This document shows, one piece after another, positions 19,961-28,768 of a stretch of 32,000 bases of DNA. Every line of letters starts with the position of its first letter. Within the stretch, counting starts at the first letter, position 1. Origin of the DNA: Synechococcus sp. A15-28 (GTDB taxonomy: Bacteria; Cyanobacteriota; Cyanobacteriia; PCC-6307; Cyanobiaceae); assembly GCF_014280175.1 (NCBI RefSeq), contig NZ_CP047931.1, forward strand, positions 900,001-932,000. Reading direction: 5' to 3'. The position numbers and the translations under genes are program-made. The notes below the pieces were generated by a model. The model was not told where the DNA came from, searched no databases, and was given only the letters and a program-made list of their open reading frames with translations.

Positions 19961-20224
19961 CTAGGCAGGCTGATCGCTGTCCTGAACAGGTTCGAGCTGA
20001 ATGTGGTTCAGCAGGGTGGTGACGAACGCGAACAGGAGAAAGGGAAGGCTCAGCACCAGGATCAGACCGACGCCCACGAGCGCGAAAATGGGGCGTGATG
20101 AGCCCATCAGGGCCAGTCCCGCCGCCAGGCTCACAAAGATCACGGCCATCCAGGCCAGCACCTGGCCGTAGATGTCACCGAAGGTGAGCGTGCAGCGCAT
20201 CGCCAGAGGTGAGCTGCTGGTCAT
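19961..20224 (-). CDS. Small two-TM hypothetical membrane protein (87 aa)
   Basis: MTSSSPLAMRCTLTFGDIYGQVLAWMAVIFVSLAAGLALMGSSRPIFALVGVGLILVLSLPFLLFAFVTTLLNHIQ. Confidence 0.6.
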   Translation of the reverse strand: MTSSSPLAMRCTLTFGDIYGQVLAWMAVIFVSLAAGLALMGSSRPIFALVGVGLILVLSLPFLLFAFVTTLLNHIQLEPVQDSDQPA

Positions 20225-20292
20225 GGAAGGGTCCTGCACCTCACCAGCTAAGCCGCTGGTGCGGCTGTTGTCCCCATCAACTTCCAACTTCT

Positions 20293-22047
20293 TCAGGAAG
20301 CCATCTCCTCAAGTTGTTCAGCGGCCTGCTGACGTTCCCAGAGTCTTCGGTAGATGCCGGCAGTGGTGATCAAGTCGTTGTGGTGTCCCTGCTGCACGAT
20401 TCGACCGTTGTCCATCACCAGAATCCGGTCACAGGCAGCTGCGGCCGACAGCTGGTGACTGATCATCACGATGGTGCGACCCTCCTGGGATCGGATCGAA
20501 TCAAGGATTGCGGCTGCGGTGTTGTTGTCGACACTGGCCAGGGCGTCGTCCAGAACGAGCACCGGTGCGGAGACCAGCAGGGCACGCCCCAGGGCCGTGC
20601 GTTGACGTTGTCCGCCGCTGAGCGTGATGCCCCGTTCGCCCACGATCGTGCTGAATCCTTCCGGGAACCCCTTGACGTCGTCCGACAGTCGCGCCCGTTC
20701 GGCGGCGCGTTCAACCCGGTCATCCCCGGCGTTGGGTTCTCCATAGCGCAGGTTGTCGGCAAGGGTGCTGGTGAACAGAAACCCTTCCTGGGGAACCATG
20801 GCCACATCGCCTCGCAGATCCTTTAAGGGCAAGCGGTTGATGTCCACCCCATCCAGGAACAACTGGCCATCCGGGACGGGCACCATGCGGCCGAAGGCAC
20901 GGGCCAACGTTGTCTTGCCGCAGCCCACGGCACCGACCACGGCCACCAGTTCGCCGGGTTCAATGCAGAAATCGAGGCCGTTCAAGGTGTCGCGCTCGGA
21001 ACCCTCGTAACGGATGCGCAGGCCCCGAGCTTCGAGTCGTCCACGCCGTGGCTGCTCCGCTGTGATCGGATCGTTCCCATCAAGGATCGCCGGTTGGCGT
21101 CGCAGCAGTTCCTCCACCCGTTCCAGGCTCACCTGCCCGGTCTGGAATGTGTTGAGGGTGAAGCCCAGGAGTGCAGTGGGGAAAACCAACTGTTGTACAT
21201 AAATGACGAGCGCGATCAGACCGCCGGTGGTCAGGTTGCCGTCGATGAGCCTGCCGCTGCCCAGGGCCAGAAGCAGCAGAAGTGAGATGGCGGTCAGGCC
21301 CTCCAGCAGTGGGAACAGCGTGCTTCGGGTCCGTGCCAGGCCGATGGCGCTGTTTCGGTAGCTGCTGTTGCGTTGGGAAAATGCCTGCTGCTCAGATGCC
21401 TCCTGGCCGTAGATCTTGATCGCTCCGATGCCGGAGAGGTCCTCCTGGATCAGATCGCTCAACCCGGACAGGTCCTCCTGTTGACGGCGCTGTTGCTTCA
21501 TCATTCGCCCGCCGAACAGGCGCACCACCGTGAGCATCACCGGATAAGGCGCGATGGCAGCCAGGGTCAGCCAGGGATCAATCGTCAACATGGCCGGCAG
21601 CGTCAGGCTGTAGGCCAGCAGAGTGTTGGTTAGGCTGAGAATGGCGAAGCCAAGCAGCCGCCTGATGTTCTCCACATCGCTGGTGGCGCGGTTGATCACA
21701 TCCCCACTGCCGGTGCTCTGCACCCAGGCCGGTTCCTGCCGCAGCATGTGATCGAAAAGTCGCTGGCGGAGGTTCACCTCCACCTGGCGGCCGACACCGA
21801 ACACCAGCTGCCGGGACAGCAACCGCACGGCTCCCATTGTGGTCGCCAGCAACACGATCCAAGCAGCTTGGCTGAGAACGCTGTCGTAGGCAAAGCCCTC
21901 CTGAAGCTCATCGATGACCCTTCGCACCTCCATCGGGATGGTGACACTGAGCACATTGACCACCACCAGGGCGATGGCACCGAAGATGACGGTTCGGCGG
22001 TGGGGGCGTAGATAACGGCCGATCAGGTCCAGGCGCATGGCCGCCAT
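20293..22047 (-). CDS. ABC exporter, fused TM and ATPase domains (multidrug/lipid type)
   Basis: Open from 22122, but the ATG at 22047 (MAAMRLDLIGRYLRPHRRTV) avoids overlap with the divergent gene. Walker A GAVGCGKTTLAR, signature LSGGQRQRTALGRAL, Walker B VLVLDDALAS. Confidence 0.92.
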   Translation of the reverse strand: MAAMRLDLIGRYLRPHRRTVIFGAIALVVVNVLSVTIPMEVRRVIDELQEGFAYDSVLSQAAWIVLLATTMGAVRLLSRQLVFGVGRQVEVNLRQRLFDHMLRQEPAWVQSTGSGDVINRATSDVENIRRLLGFAILSLTNTLLAYSLTLPAMLTIDPWLTLAAIAPYPVMLTVVRLFGGRMMKQQRRQQEDLSGLSDLIQEDLSGIGAIKIYGQEASEQQAFSQRNSSYRNSAIGLARTRSTLFPLLEGLTAISLLLLLALGSGRLIDGNLTTGGLIALVIYVQQLVFPTALLGFTLNTFQTGQVSLERVEELLRRQPAILDGNDPITAEQPRRGRLEARGLRIRYEGSERDTLNGLDFCIEPGELVAVVGAVGCGKTTLARAFGRMVPVPDGQLFLDGVDINRLPLKDLRGDVAMVPQEGFLFTSTLADNLRYGEPNAGDDRVERAAERARLSDDVKGFPEGFSTIVGERGITLSGGQRQRTALGRALLVSAPVLVLDDALASVDNNTAAAILDSIRSQEGRTIVMISHQLSAAAACDRILVMDNGRIVQQGHHNDLITTAGIYRRLWERQQAAEQLEEMAS

Positions 22048-22097
22048 GCGGTTTCCGATCAGGGCAGGCCAACCTAGGTGGGTGCGGTCCTTTACGG

Positions 22098-22421
22098 ATG
22101 TCTGATTCCTCGTCTGAACCAACCCAGAACCATCCCCTCCATGGGACAGACCGTGATTTGATCGATCGTCTGCTGGCCTGTGATTCTCCCGGTAACGCTG
22201 AACGTACGGAGCTGGCTCGCCTGCTGATCCGTTACGACGGTTTTCCCGGTGCTGATGACCTGCAGCAGGACATGCAGCGTTTGCTGACCCTTTGGTCCCT
22301 GAGTCGGGACGAGCTCAATGACCAGGTGCGTGCGCTCTGGACCCAGGGATACCGCCCCGGAGCAGCAGCATCTGAGGCGGTGGGGTCCGGCTTCGACACG
22401 AGCGAAGCCAGTGACAACTGA
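22098..22421 (+). CDS. DUF3288 family protein
   Basis: 107 aa; QNHPLHGTDRDLIDRLLACD...ELARLLIRYDGFPGADDLQQDMQRLLTLW matches my recollection of this cyanobacterial family. Confidence 0.7.
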   Translation: MSDSSSEPTQNHPLHGTDRDLIDRLLACDSPGNAERTELARLLIRYDGFPGADDLQQDMQRLLTLWSLSRDELNDQVRALWTQGYRPGAAASEAVGSGFDTSEASDN

Positions 22422-22479
22422 ATCTGGTCAGCTCAGCGCTTCGCGGGGATAGTGGGAGCCCATGGGCTCATCGCGCGTC

Positions 22480-23514
22480 ATGTCCCCTGCCTCTACCCCC
22501 TGGTCCGGTCTGCTGGAGCAGCTGCTTGGCGGTGAAAACCTTTCGGCTGCTCAGGCGACGGACCTGATGCAGGCCTGGCTGTCGGAGTCCCTGACGCCCG
22601 TGCAGACCGGTGCCTTTCTGGCCGGTCTCCGGGCCAAAGGGATGGAGGCCGAGGAGTTGGCGGCGATGGCGGCGGTGCTGCGACAGGCCTGTCCGCTGCC
22701 CTGTGCCCGCCCCGATCGTTTCCTCGTCGACACCTGCGGCACGGGTGGCGATGGTGCCGACACCTTCAACATTTCCACTGCCGTCGCCTTCACCGCAGCG
22801 GCCTGTGGTGTTGAGGTGGCGAAACATGGCAACCGCAGTGCCAGTGGCAAGGTCGGCTCCGCTGATGTGCTCGAGGGACTTGGCCTCAATCTCAAGGCTC
22901 CATTGCAAGCCGTCATCGATGCGATTCCAGCGGCCGGTGTCACCTTTCTGTTCGCCCCGGCCTGGCATCCAGCCCTGGTGAATCTGGCGCCGTTGCGTCG
23001 CAGTCTTGGCGTCCGCACGGTGTTCAACCTGCTTGGCCCTCTGGTCAATCCCTTGAAACCACAGGCCCAGGTGCTGGGGGTGGCCAGGGACGATCTGCTG
23101 GATCCCATGGCCGGAGCCCTCCAACGCCTTGGTCTGGAGCGGGCTGTGGTCGTCCACGGCGCCGGGGGACTGGATGAGGCATCGCTGGCAGGCCCCAATG
23201 ACCTGCGCCTGATCGAAGCCGGTGCCATTCGTTCCCTTCAGCTCCGTCCCGAAGAACTGGGATTGTCCACGGCGAATCTTGAGGCTCTCAAAGGCGGAGA
23301 TCTGCAGCGCAATCAGACGATCCTTCAACAGGTGCTGCAGGGCCATGGTGAACCGGCGCAGCGCGATGTGGTCACGCTGAACACGGCTCTGGTGCTGTGG
23401 GCTGCTGGGGTCGACACGGATCTCTCGTCTGCCGCTGCCCGCGCAGCCAGAACCCTGGATGAAGGCCTGCCTTGGACCCGTCTGGAGACCCTGCGCGAGC
23501 ACCTGGCCCGCTGA
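22480..23514 (+). CDS. trpD: Anthranilate phosphoribosyltransferase
   Basis: DTCGTGGDGADTFNISTAVAF, KHGNRSASGKVGSADVLEGLG, FLFAPAWHPALVNLAPLRRSLGVRTVFNLLGPLVNPL. Confidence 0.97.
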   Translation: MSPASTPWSGLLEQLLGGENLSAAQATDLMQAWLSESLTPVQTGAFLAGLRAKGMEAEELAAMAAVLRQACPLPCARPDRFLVDTCGTGGDGADTFNISTAVAFTAAACGVEVAKHGNRSASGKVGSADVLEGLGLNLKAPLQAVIDAIPAAGVTFLFAPAWHPALVNLAPLRRSLGVRTVFNLLGPLVNPLKPQAQVLGVARDDLLDPMAGALQRLGLERAVVVHGAGGLDEASLAGPNDLRLIEAGAIRSLQLRPEELGLSTANLEALKGGDLQRNQTILQQVLQGHGEPAQRDVVTLNTALVLWAAGVDTDLSSAAARAARTLDEGLPWTRLETLREHLAR

Positions 23515-23554
23515 AATGGACAATGAAGAGTGATTGCCGTGAGCTGTTGGCCTG

Positions 23555-24697
23555 ATGCCCCTCCCTTCATCACGTCAGGCTCATCTCGTGCTGGCCGACG
23601 GCACCGTTCTCACCGGAGAAGCCTTCGGGCATCGCGGCTCCGTTGTGGGTGAGGTGGTCTTCAACACCGGCATGACTGGGTACCAGGAGGTCCTCACTGA
23701 CCCGTCCTACGCAGGGCAGCTGGTCACGTTCACTTATCCCGAGCTGGGTAACACCGGTGTGAACGGGGATGACCAGGAGGCAGACCTGCCCCATGCCAGG
23801 GGGGTGATTGCGCGCCAGCTGGCCCCGCAAGCCAGCAACTGGCGCAGTTCTGAATCCCTCGACGGCTGGATGGATCGCCATGGACTGGTGGGCATCTGCG
23901 GTGTCGACACCCGCGCCCTGGTGCGTCGTCTTCGCGATGGCGGAGCCATCAATGGCGTGATCAGCAGTGATGGACGTTCGCCCGCTGAGCTGCTGGCCGA
24001 GGTCCGTCGTGCCCCGAGCATGGAGGGCCTCAATCTGGCCAGCCAGGTCAGCACCCCAGAGCCCTATCAATGGTCGTCGCCTTGCCGCGTCGGCTTTGAT
24101 CAGCGCTTGAAACAGCGCCCCGACCATCCCTACCGGGTGGTTGCCATCGATTTCGGCATCAAGCGGGCGATCCTGGATCGGCTTGTCGCCCATGGCTGTG
24201 CCGTCACTGTTCTGCCATCGGATGCAGATCTGGAGATGGTGCTGTCCCATCAGCCGGAGGGCGTTTTTCTCTCCAATGGCCCAGGTGACCCCGCCGCGGT
24301 GGACAGTGGCATCGACCTGGCACGATCGCTGCTGGATCTCCCCAACATGCCTCTGTTTGGCATCTGTCTGGGCCATCAGATCCTGGGCCTGGCCCTGGGA
24401 GGGCGCACCTTCAAGCTCGGCTTCGGTCACCGCGGTTTGAATCATCCCTGCGGCACCAGCGGACAGGTGGAGATCACCAGCCAGAACCATGGCTTTGCCC
24501 TGTCCTCCGAGGCATTGCCGGAGACGATGGTCGAGGTGACCCACCTCAATCTCAATGACCGCACCGTTGCCGCGTTTCAACATCGCCATCAACCGGTGTT
24601 TGGGATCCAGTACCACCCGGAGGCCAGCCCGGGTCCCCACGATGCCGATCATCACTTCGGCCGTTTCGTTGCGTTGATGGCGGATCGGCGTGGCTGA
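23555..24697 (+). CDS. carA: Carbamoyl-phosphate synthase small subunit
   Basis: 380 aa; [50 protein letters not shown] glutamine amidotransferase, [12 protein letters not shown]. Confidence 0.97.
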   Translation: MPLPSSRQAHLVLADGTVLTGEAFGHRGSVVGEVVFNTGMTGYQEVLTDPSYAGQLVTFTYPELGNTGVNGDDQEADLPHARGVIARQLAPQASNWRSSESLDGWMDRHGLVGICGVDTRALVRRLRDGGAINGVISSDGRSPAELLAEVRRAPSMEGLNLASQVSTPEPYQWSSPCRVGFDQRLKQRPDHPYRVVAIDFGIKRAILDRLVAHGCAVTVLPSDADLEMVLSHQPEGVFLSNGPGDPAAVDSGIDLARSLLDLPNMPLFGICLGHQILGLALGGRTFKLGFGHRGLNHPCGTSGQVEITSQNHGFALSSEALPETMVEVTHLNLNDRTVAAFQHRHQPVFGIQYHPEASPGPHDADHHFGRFVALMADRRG

Positions 24698-24730
24698 GGT
24701 GGTTGACAACCGACAGCATCACTACACTTC

Positions 24731-25126
24731 GTGGCGAGATTGAATGGGGAGACTGGACCCATCAGCGAACTACAGCGACTGACGGTCTCTCTGCGCGGGG
24801 GCTTTGAACAGCAGAACGGCTGTCTGGTGTTTCATTTCACCGGACAGTTGGACGCCTACTCCGAGAAGCAGTTCATGGAGTACGTCGTCGACGTGCTGAA
24901 GGCCAGCACACTTCCTGCGGTGATCGACCTCAGCGAGATCGATTTCCTCGATTCCTCCGGCTTGGGTGCCCTTGTTCAGCTCGCCAAGCAGTGCACTGAC
25001 GCCAAGCGGTCATTTTCCCTGGTGGGGAATTCTCGCGTCATGCAGACGGTGAAGCTGGTTCGGTTGGAAGAGTTTCTTCATCTGGCTCAGGATCTGCCGA
25101 CGGCCCTCAGCAACCTGGCGGCTTGA
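24731..25126 (+). CDS. STAS-domain protein (anti-sigma factor antagonist family)
   Basis: FHFTGQLDAYSEKQFMEYV, LPAVIDLSEIDFLDSSGLGALVQLAKQC: SpoIIAA-like phosphorylatable Ser context DSSG. Exact start uncertain. Confidence 0.85.
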   Translation: MARLNGETGPISELQRLTVSLRGGFEQQNGCLVFHFTGQLDAYSEKQFMEYVVDVLKASTLPAVIDLSEIDFLDSSGLGALVQLAKQCTDAKRSFSLVGNSRVMQTVKLVRLEEFLHLAQDLPTALSNLAA

Positions 25127-25548
25127 GCGAGTGGATCCAGGGCCAGACCGGCGGCGATGATGCTGCTGATCTCGGCCCGCTGCAGCTGGCCTGGCTGGGG
25201 GACGCTGTCTGGGAGTTGCACCAGCGACTGCGTTTCTGTCGGTCTCCCGGTCGCGCAGATGTGCTGCACCGTGCCGTTGTTGCCAAAGTCTGTGCCCAGG
25301 CTCAGGCTGAGGCCCTTGGGCAGCTTGATCCAGTGTTGAGCGACCAGGAACGCGATCTCGTCCGTCGCGGCCGCAATCGGGCTGGGCGTGGACCCAAGCG
25401 ATCCGATGCCGCGGTGTATGGACTGGCCACAGGGTTTGAGACAATGGTGGGCTGGCTGTATCTGCACGACCCAGCGCGCCTGGCGGAGCTTTTCGATCAC
25501 CTGGATCAGGCCGGCACCCTCTCGACATCCCGAACACCTCGCCGATGA
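25123..25548 (+). CDS. mrnC: Mini-ribonuclease III (MrnC family)
   Basis: LQLAWLGDAVWELHQRLRF..., RGRNRAG...KRSDAAVYGLATGFETMVGWLYL: RNase III-like catalytic domain without dsRBD. TTG start overlaps the STAS stop. Confidence 0.87.
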   Translation: MSEWIQGQTGGDDAADLGPLQLAWLGDAVWELHQRLRFCRSPGRADVLHRAVVAKVCAQAQAEALGQLDPVLSDQERDLVRRGRNRAGRGPKRSDAAVYGLATGFETMVGWLYLHDPARLAELFDHLDQAGTLSTSRTPRR

Positions 25549-26894
25549 GCCCTCGCTTTGAACGCCGTCCCGGCGGTTCGTCCAGGACTGGACGACCGGG
25601 GCGCAGCGACCGACGTCGTCCTGATGATGATCGCCGCGAGTGGAACCAGGAGGAGCCGGTCCGGAGACGGCGCATAGAAGACCGTCCTCGGGGGCGCTCC
25701 GACGACGAGCGGCGAGCCCGTCCCGATCGCGGAGACCGTGGTGGCCGTTCACGGTTCATGGCCGACAGGCGTCCTGAACGACCTGAGCGCAGGGAGGGGC
25801 GTCGGGACGATCAACGTCGTGACGAGCGGTCCTATGGACGTCGTGATGATGCTCAGGGCGACCGGCGCGGTGATCGGCGGCCTTCGTTTCAAAGGGAGCG
25901 TTCGCGTCTCCCGTTCCGGGATCGTCCTCAGCGCAGACCAGAGGGCGAGGCTGCTGCTGCCACACCGCCAGCGGATGATCTGGTCTGGGGACGCCATGCC
26001 GCACTCGCGGCGCTGGAAGCCGGGAGACCGATTCATCGCATCTGGTGCACTCCTGAGATGCGCAGCGCCGCCAAGTTCCTGCAGTTGCTTCGCGATGCCA
26101 AGGCTTCCGGCGTGCTGGTGGAGGAGGTCACGTGGGCTCGTCTGGGGCAGATCACCGGAGGTTCGGTGCACCAGGGCATTGCGCTGCAGACAGCAGCTGC
26201 AGACACAATCGATCTGGAGAGCTTGATTGACGGTTGTTCCGATCTGGGGGAACCGCCCTTGCTGCTGGCTCTGGATGGCGTCACGGATCCCCACAACCTG
26301 GGCGCGGTGGTCCGCTCGGCTGAGGCGATGGGGGCCCATGGTGTGGTGTTGCCCCAGCGACGCAGCGCTGGCCTGACGGGTTCGGCGGCAAAGGTGGCTG
26401 CTGGTGCCCTCGAACACCTGCCGGTGGCGCGGGTGGTCAACCTCAACCGCTCCCTTGAGAAGCTGAAGGATGCCGGCTATCGCGTGATCGGCCTGGCGGG
26501 AGAGGGCGATGTGACCTTGCCCGATGTGGATCTCAGCGGGCCTCTGGTGCTGGTGACCGGTTCCGAGGATCAAGGGCTGTCCCTGCTGACACGCCGACAC
26601 TGCGACCAGTTGGTGAGGATTCCGCTGCGGGGGGTGACGCCAAGCCTGAATGCATCGGTGGCCACAGCGCTATGCGTCTACGAGGTGGCCCGCCGCAACT
26701 GGATGAAGGACATTCATGGTCAGGCTCCATCGCCGCCGATTCAGAGGGCGCGGATGGCTGGCCAGCGCGATGATGACATGCCTGAGCAGCCCGTTGAAAC
26801 GGCGCCTCCCGAGGAGCGCATCGAACTGGAACTTGAACGCCGTGATCGCGATGCAGGTTTGGAGTTTGATCAGAGCATCCAGCTTTCTCCCTGA
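25545..26894 (+). CDS. rlmB: SpoU/TrmH-family 23S rRNA 2'-O-methyltransferase (RlmB-like) with long Arg/Asp/Gly-rich N-terminal extension
   Basis: 449 aa; DDLVWGRHAALAALEAGRPIHRIWCT, ALDGVTDPHNLGAVVRSAEAMGAHGVVLPQRRSA, LVTGSEDQGLS, IPLRGVTPSLNASVATALCVYEVARR. Confidence 0.93.
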   Translation: MSPRFERRPGGSSRTGRPGRSDRRRPDDDRREWNQEEPVRRRRIEDRPRGRSDDERRARPDRGDRGGRSRFMADRRPERPERREGRRDDQRRDERSYGRRDDAQGDRRGDRRPSFQRERSRLPFRDRPQRRPEGEAAAATPPADDLVWGRHAALAALEAGRPIHRIWCTPEMRSAAKFLQLLRDAKASGVLVEEVTWARLGQITGGSVHQGIALQTAAADTIDLESLIDGCSDLGEPPLLLALDGVTDPHNLGAVVRSAEAMGAHGVVLPQRRSAGLTGSAAKVAAGALEHLPVARVVNLNRSLEKLKDAGYRVIGLAGEGDVTLPDVDLSGPLVLVTGSEDQGLSLLTRRHCDQLVRIPLRGVTPSLNASVATALCVYEVARRNWMKDIHGQAPSPPIQRARMAGQRDDDMPEQPVETAPPEERIELELERRDRDAGLEFDQSIQLSP

Positions 26895-26927
26895 GAAGAC
26901 CGTGTTATTTGGCCTGGTCGGTGCAAA

Positions 26928-27197
26928 ATGCCCCTACAAGACATGAGCTCCATGAGCCCTCTGATCCGGCCGCTGCGCAGCCTCGCCAATGGTGTCGGTC
27001 TGGCTTGGTGGGCCCGCGTCGAGACCACCGGGCCCGATGTGACCTACTGGTTCGGCCCTTTCCTCACCCGCAATGGCCTGGAGAGTGAGCTCGCCACCTT
27101 CATCGAGGATGTGGGCTCCGAGCAGCCTCAGTCCATGCGCCACACCTTGCTGCGGACGCGCCGTCGCGAGCCATTGACCATCGCTGCCGAGGGTTGA
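26928..27197 (+). CDS. DUF1816-like small protein (cyanobacterial)
   Basis: [44 protein letters not shown] matches the DUF1816 pattern (W-W-V/A-..-YYFGPF). Confidence 0.65.
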   Translation: MPLQDMSSMSPLIRPLRSLANGVGLAWWARVETTGPDVTYWFGPFLTRNGLESELATFIEDVGSEQPQSMRHTLLRTRRREPLTIAAEG

Positions 27198-27240
27198 TCC
27201 CGCGGCTGATAGCGTCGCTCCTGCAACAGATCGCGGTTTC

Positions 27241-28701
27241 ATGACGATCAGCGCGTGGCGTCAGCAACTGCAGGCCGGTGAAGTCTCCTCCAGGGAACTG
27301 GTGGATGAGCATCTCCAGCGGTTGGAGCGGTCAGAGCCATCCCTGAATGCCTTCGTGCAGGTGACGGCTGATCGGGCTCGCGCCGAGGCCGATCGTGTCG
27401 ATCAGGCCCGTGCCGCAGGGGAAGACCTCGGTCCTCTGGCGGGTCTGCCGTTGGCAATCAAGGACAACCTCTGCACCCGTGGTGTTCGCACCACCTGCTC
27501 GAGCCGCATGCTTGAACAGTTCGTGCCTCCCTATGAGTCGACCGTGACCGATCGGCTGTGGACTGCCGGAGCCGTGTTGGTCGGCAAGACCAATCTGGAT
27601 GAATTCGCCATGGGGGGGTCCACCGAGACATCGGCGTTTGGTGCTACCAAAAACCCCTGGAACATCGGCCATGTTCCCGGCGGCAGCTCCGGCGGCAGTG
27701 CGGCCGCCGTGGCTTCCGGCAGCTGTGTGGCCTCACTCGGTTCGGATACGGGCGGCTCGATCCGCCAACCGGCTTCCTTCTGCGGTGTTGTGGGGTTGAA
27801 GCCCACCTACGGCAGGGTCAGCCGTTGGGGGCTTGTTGCCTTTGCCAGTTCCCTGGATCAGGTCGGACCTTTCGCCGGGTCTGTGGCGGATGCGGCCGAG
27901 CTGCTTCAGGTGATCGCCGGCCATGATGCGCGCGATTCCACTTGTTTGAAAGCGGACGTTCCCGATTACACCGGGGGCCTGAACACATCCATCAAGGGAT
28001 TGAAGGTCGGCATCATCCGCGAATGTTTTGACGCCGAAGGGCTTGATCCCGAAGTGAAGGCCTCCGTACAGGCTTCCGCTGCCCAGCTGGAGGCTCTCGG
28101 CGCTGAACTGGTGGATGTGAGCTGCCCGCGCTTCAACGACGGCATCGCCACGTACTACGTCATCGCGCCGTCGGAAGCCTCCGCCAATCTGGCCCGTTAC
28201 GACGGCGTCAAATATGGCTTCCGGGCTGACGATGCCGAAAGCCTGGCGGGCATGACCTCCCGCAGTCGCGCCGAAGGTTTCGGAGCCGAGGTGCAGCGCC
28301 GGATTCTGATCGGCACCTATGCCCTCTCCGCCGGTTACGTGGATGCCTACTACAAAAAGGCTCAGCAGGTCCGTACCCTGATTCGTCGCGACTTCGATTC
28401 GGCGTTCCAGCAGGTGGATGTTCTGTTTACACCAACAGCTCCATCCACAGCGTTCAAGACCGGCGCCCATGCCGATGACCCGCTGGCCATGTATCTGGCT
28501 GACCTGCTCACCATCCCTGTGAACCTGGCTGGGCTCCCGGCGATCAGCGTTCCCTGTGGATTCAGTGCTGCGGGGCTGCCGATCGGGATGCAGCTGATCG
28601 GCAATGTGCTCGATGAGCCGCGACTGCTGCAGGTGGCGCATCAGTACGAACAGGCTGCAGACGTCTTCGCGCAGCGCCCAGAAGCTGTTCTTGTGCCCTG
28701 A
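27241..28701 (+). CDS. gatA: Aspartyl/glutamyl-tRNA amidotransferase subunit A
   Basis: 486 aa; [83 protein letters not shown]. Confidence 0.98.
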   Translation: MTISAWRQQLQAGEVSSRELVDEHLQRLERSEPSLNAFVQVTADRARAEADRVDQARAAGEDLGPLAGLPLAIKDNLCTRGVRTTCSSRMLEQFVPPYESTVTDRLWTAGAVLVGKTNLDEFAMGGSTETSAFGATKNPWNIGHVPGGSSGGSAAAVASGSCVASLGSDTGGSIRQPASFCGVVGLKPTYGRVSRWGLVAFASSLDQVGPFAGSVADAAELLQVIAGHDARDSTCLKADVPDYTGGLNTSIKGLKVGIIRECFDAEGLDPEVKASVQASAAQLEALGAELVDVSCPRFNDGIATYYVIAPSEASANLARYDGVKYGFRADDAESLAGMTSRSRAEGFGAEVQRRILIGTYALSAGYVDAYYKKAQQVRTLIRRDFDSAFQQVDVLFTPTAPSTAFKTGAHADDPLAMYLADLLTIPVNLAGLPAISVPCGFSAAGLPIGMQLIGNVLDEPRLLQVAHQYEQAADVFAQRPEAVLVP

Positions 28702-28768
28702 CCACCACATCTGGTGCTGAGGATGTCGGCCTCACGCTTGATCTTGCGTTAGGTCCTAGGCTGGGGGC

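Noticed and set aside
22468-23523. 351-aa minus-strand ORF opposite trpD
   Set aside because: Shadow ORF; trpD signatures on the plus strand are unambiguous.
23570-24709. 379-aa minus-strand ORF opposite carA
   Set aside because: Shadow ORF; carA is unambiguous.
25010-25759. 249-aa minus-strand Arg/Ser-rich ORF opposite mrnC/rlmB
   Set aside because: Spans two well-supported genes; its composition reflects the complement of the Arg/Asp codon-rich tail.
27733-28710. 325-aa minus-strand ORF opposite gatA
   Set aside because: Shadow ORF over the conserved amidase.
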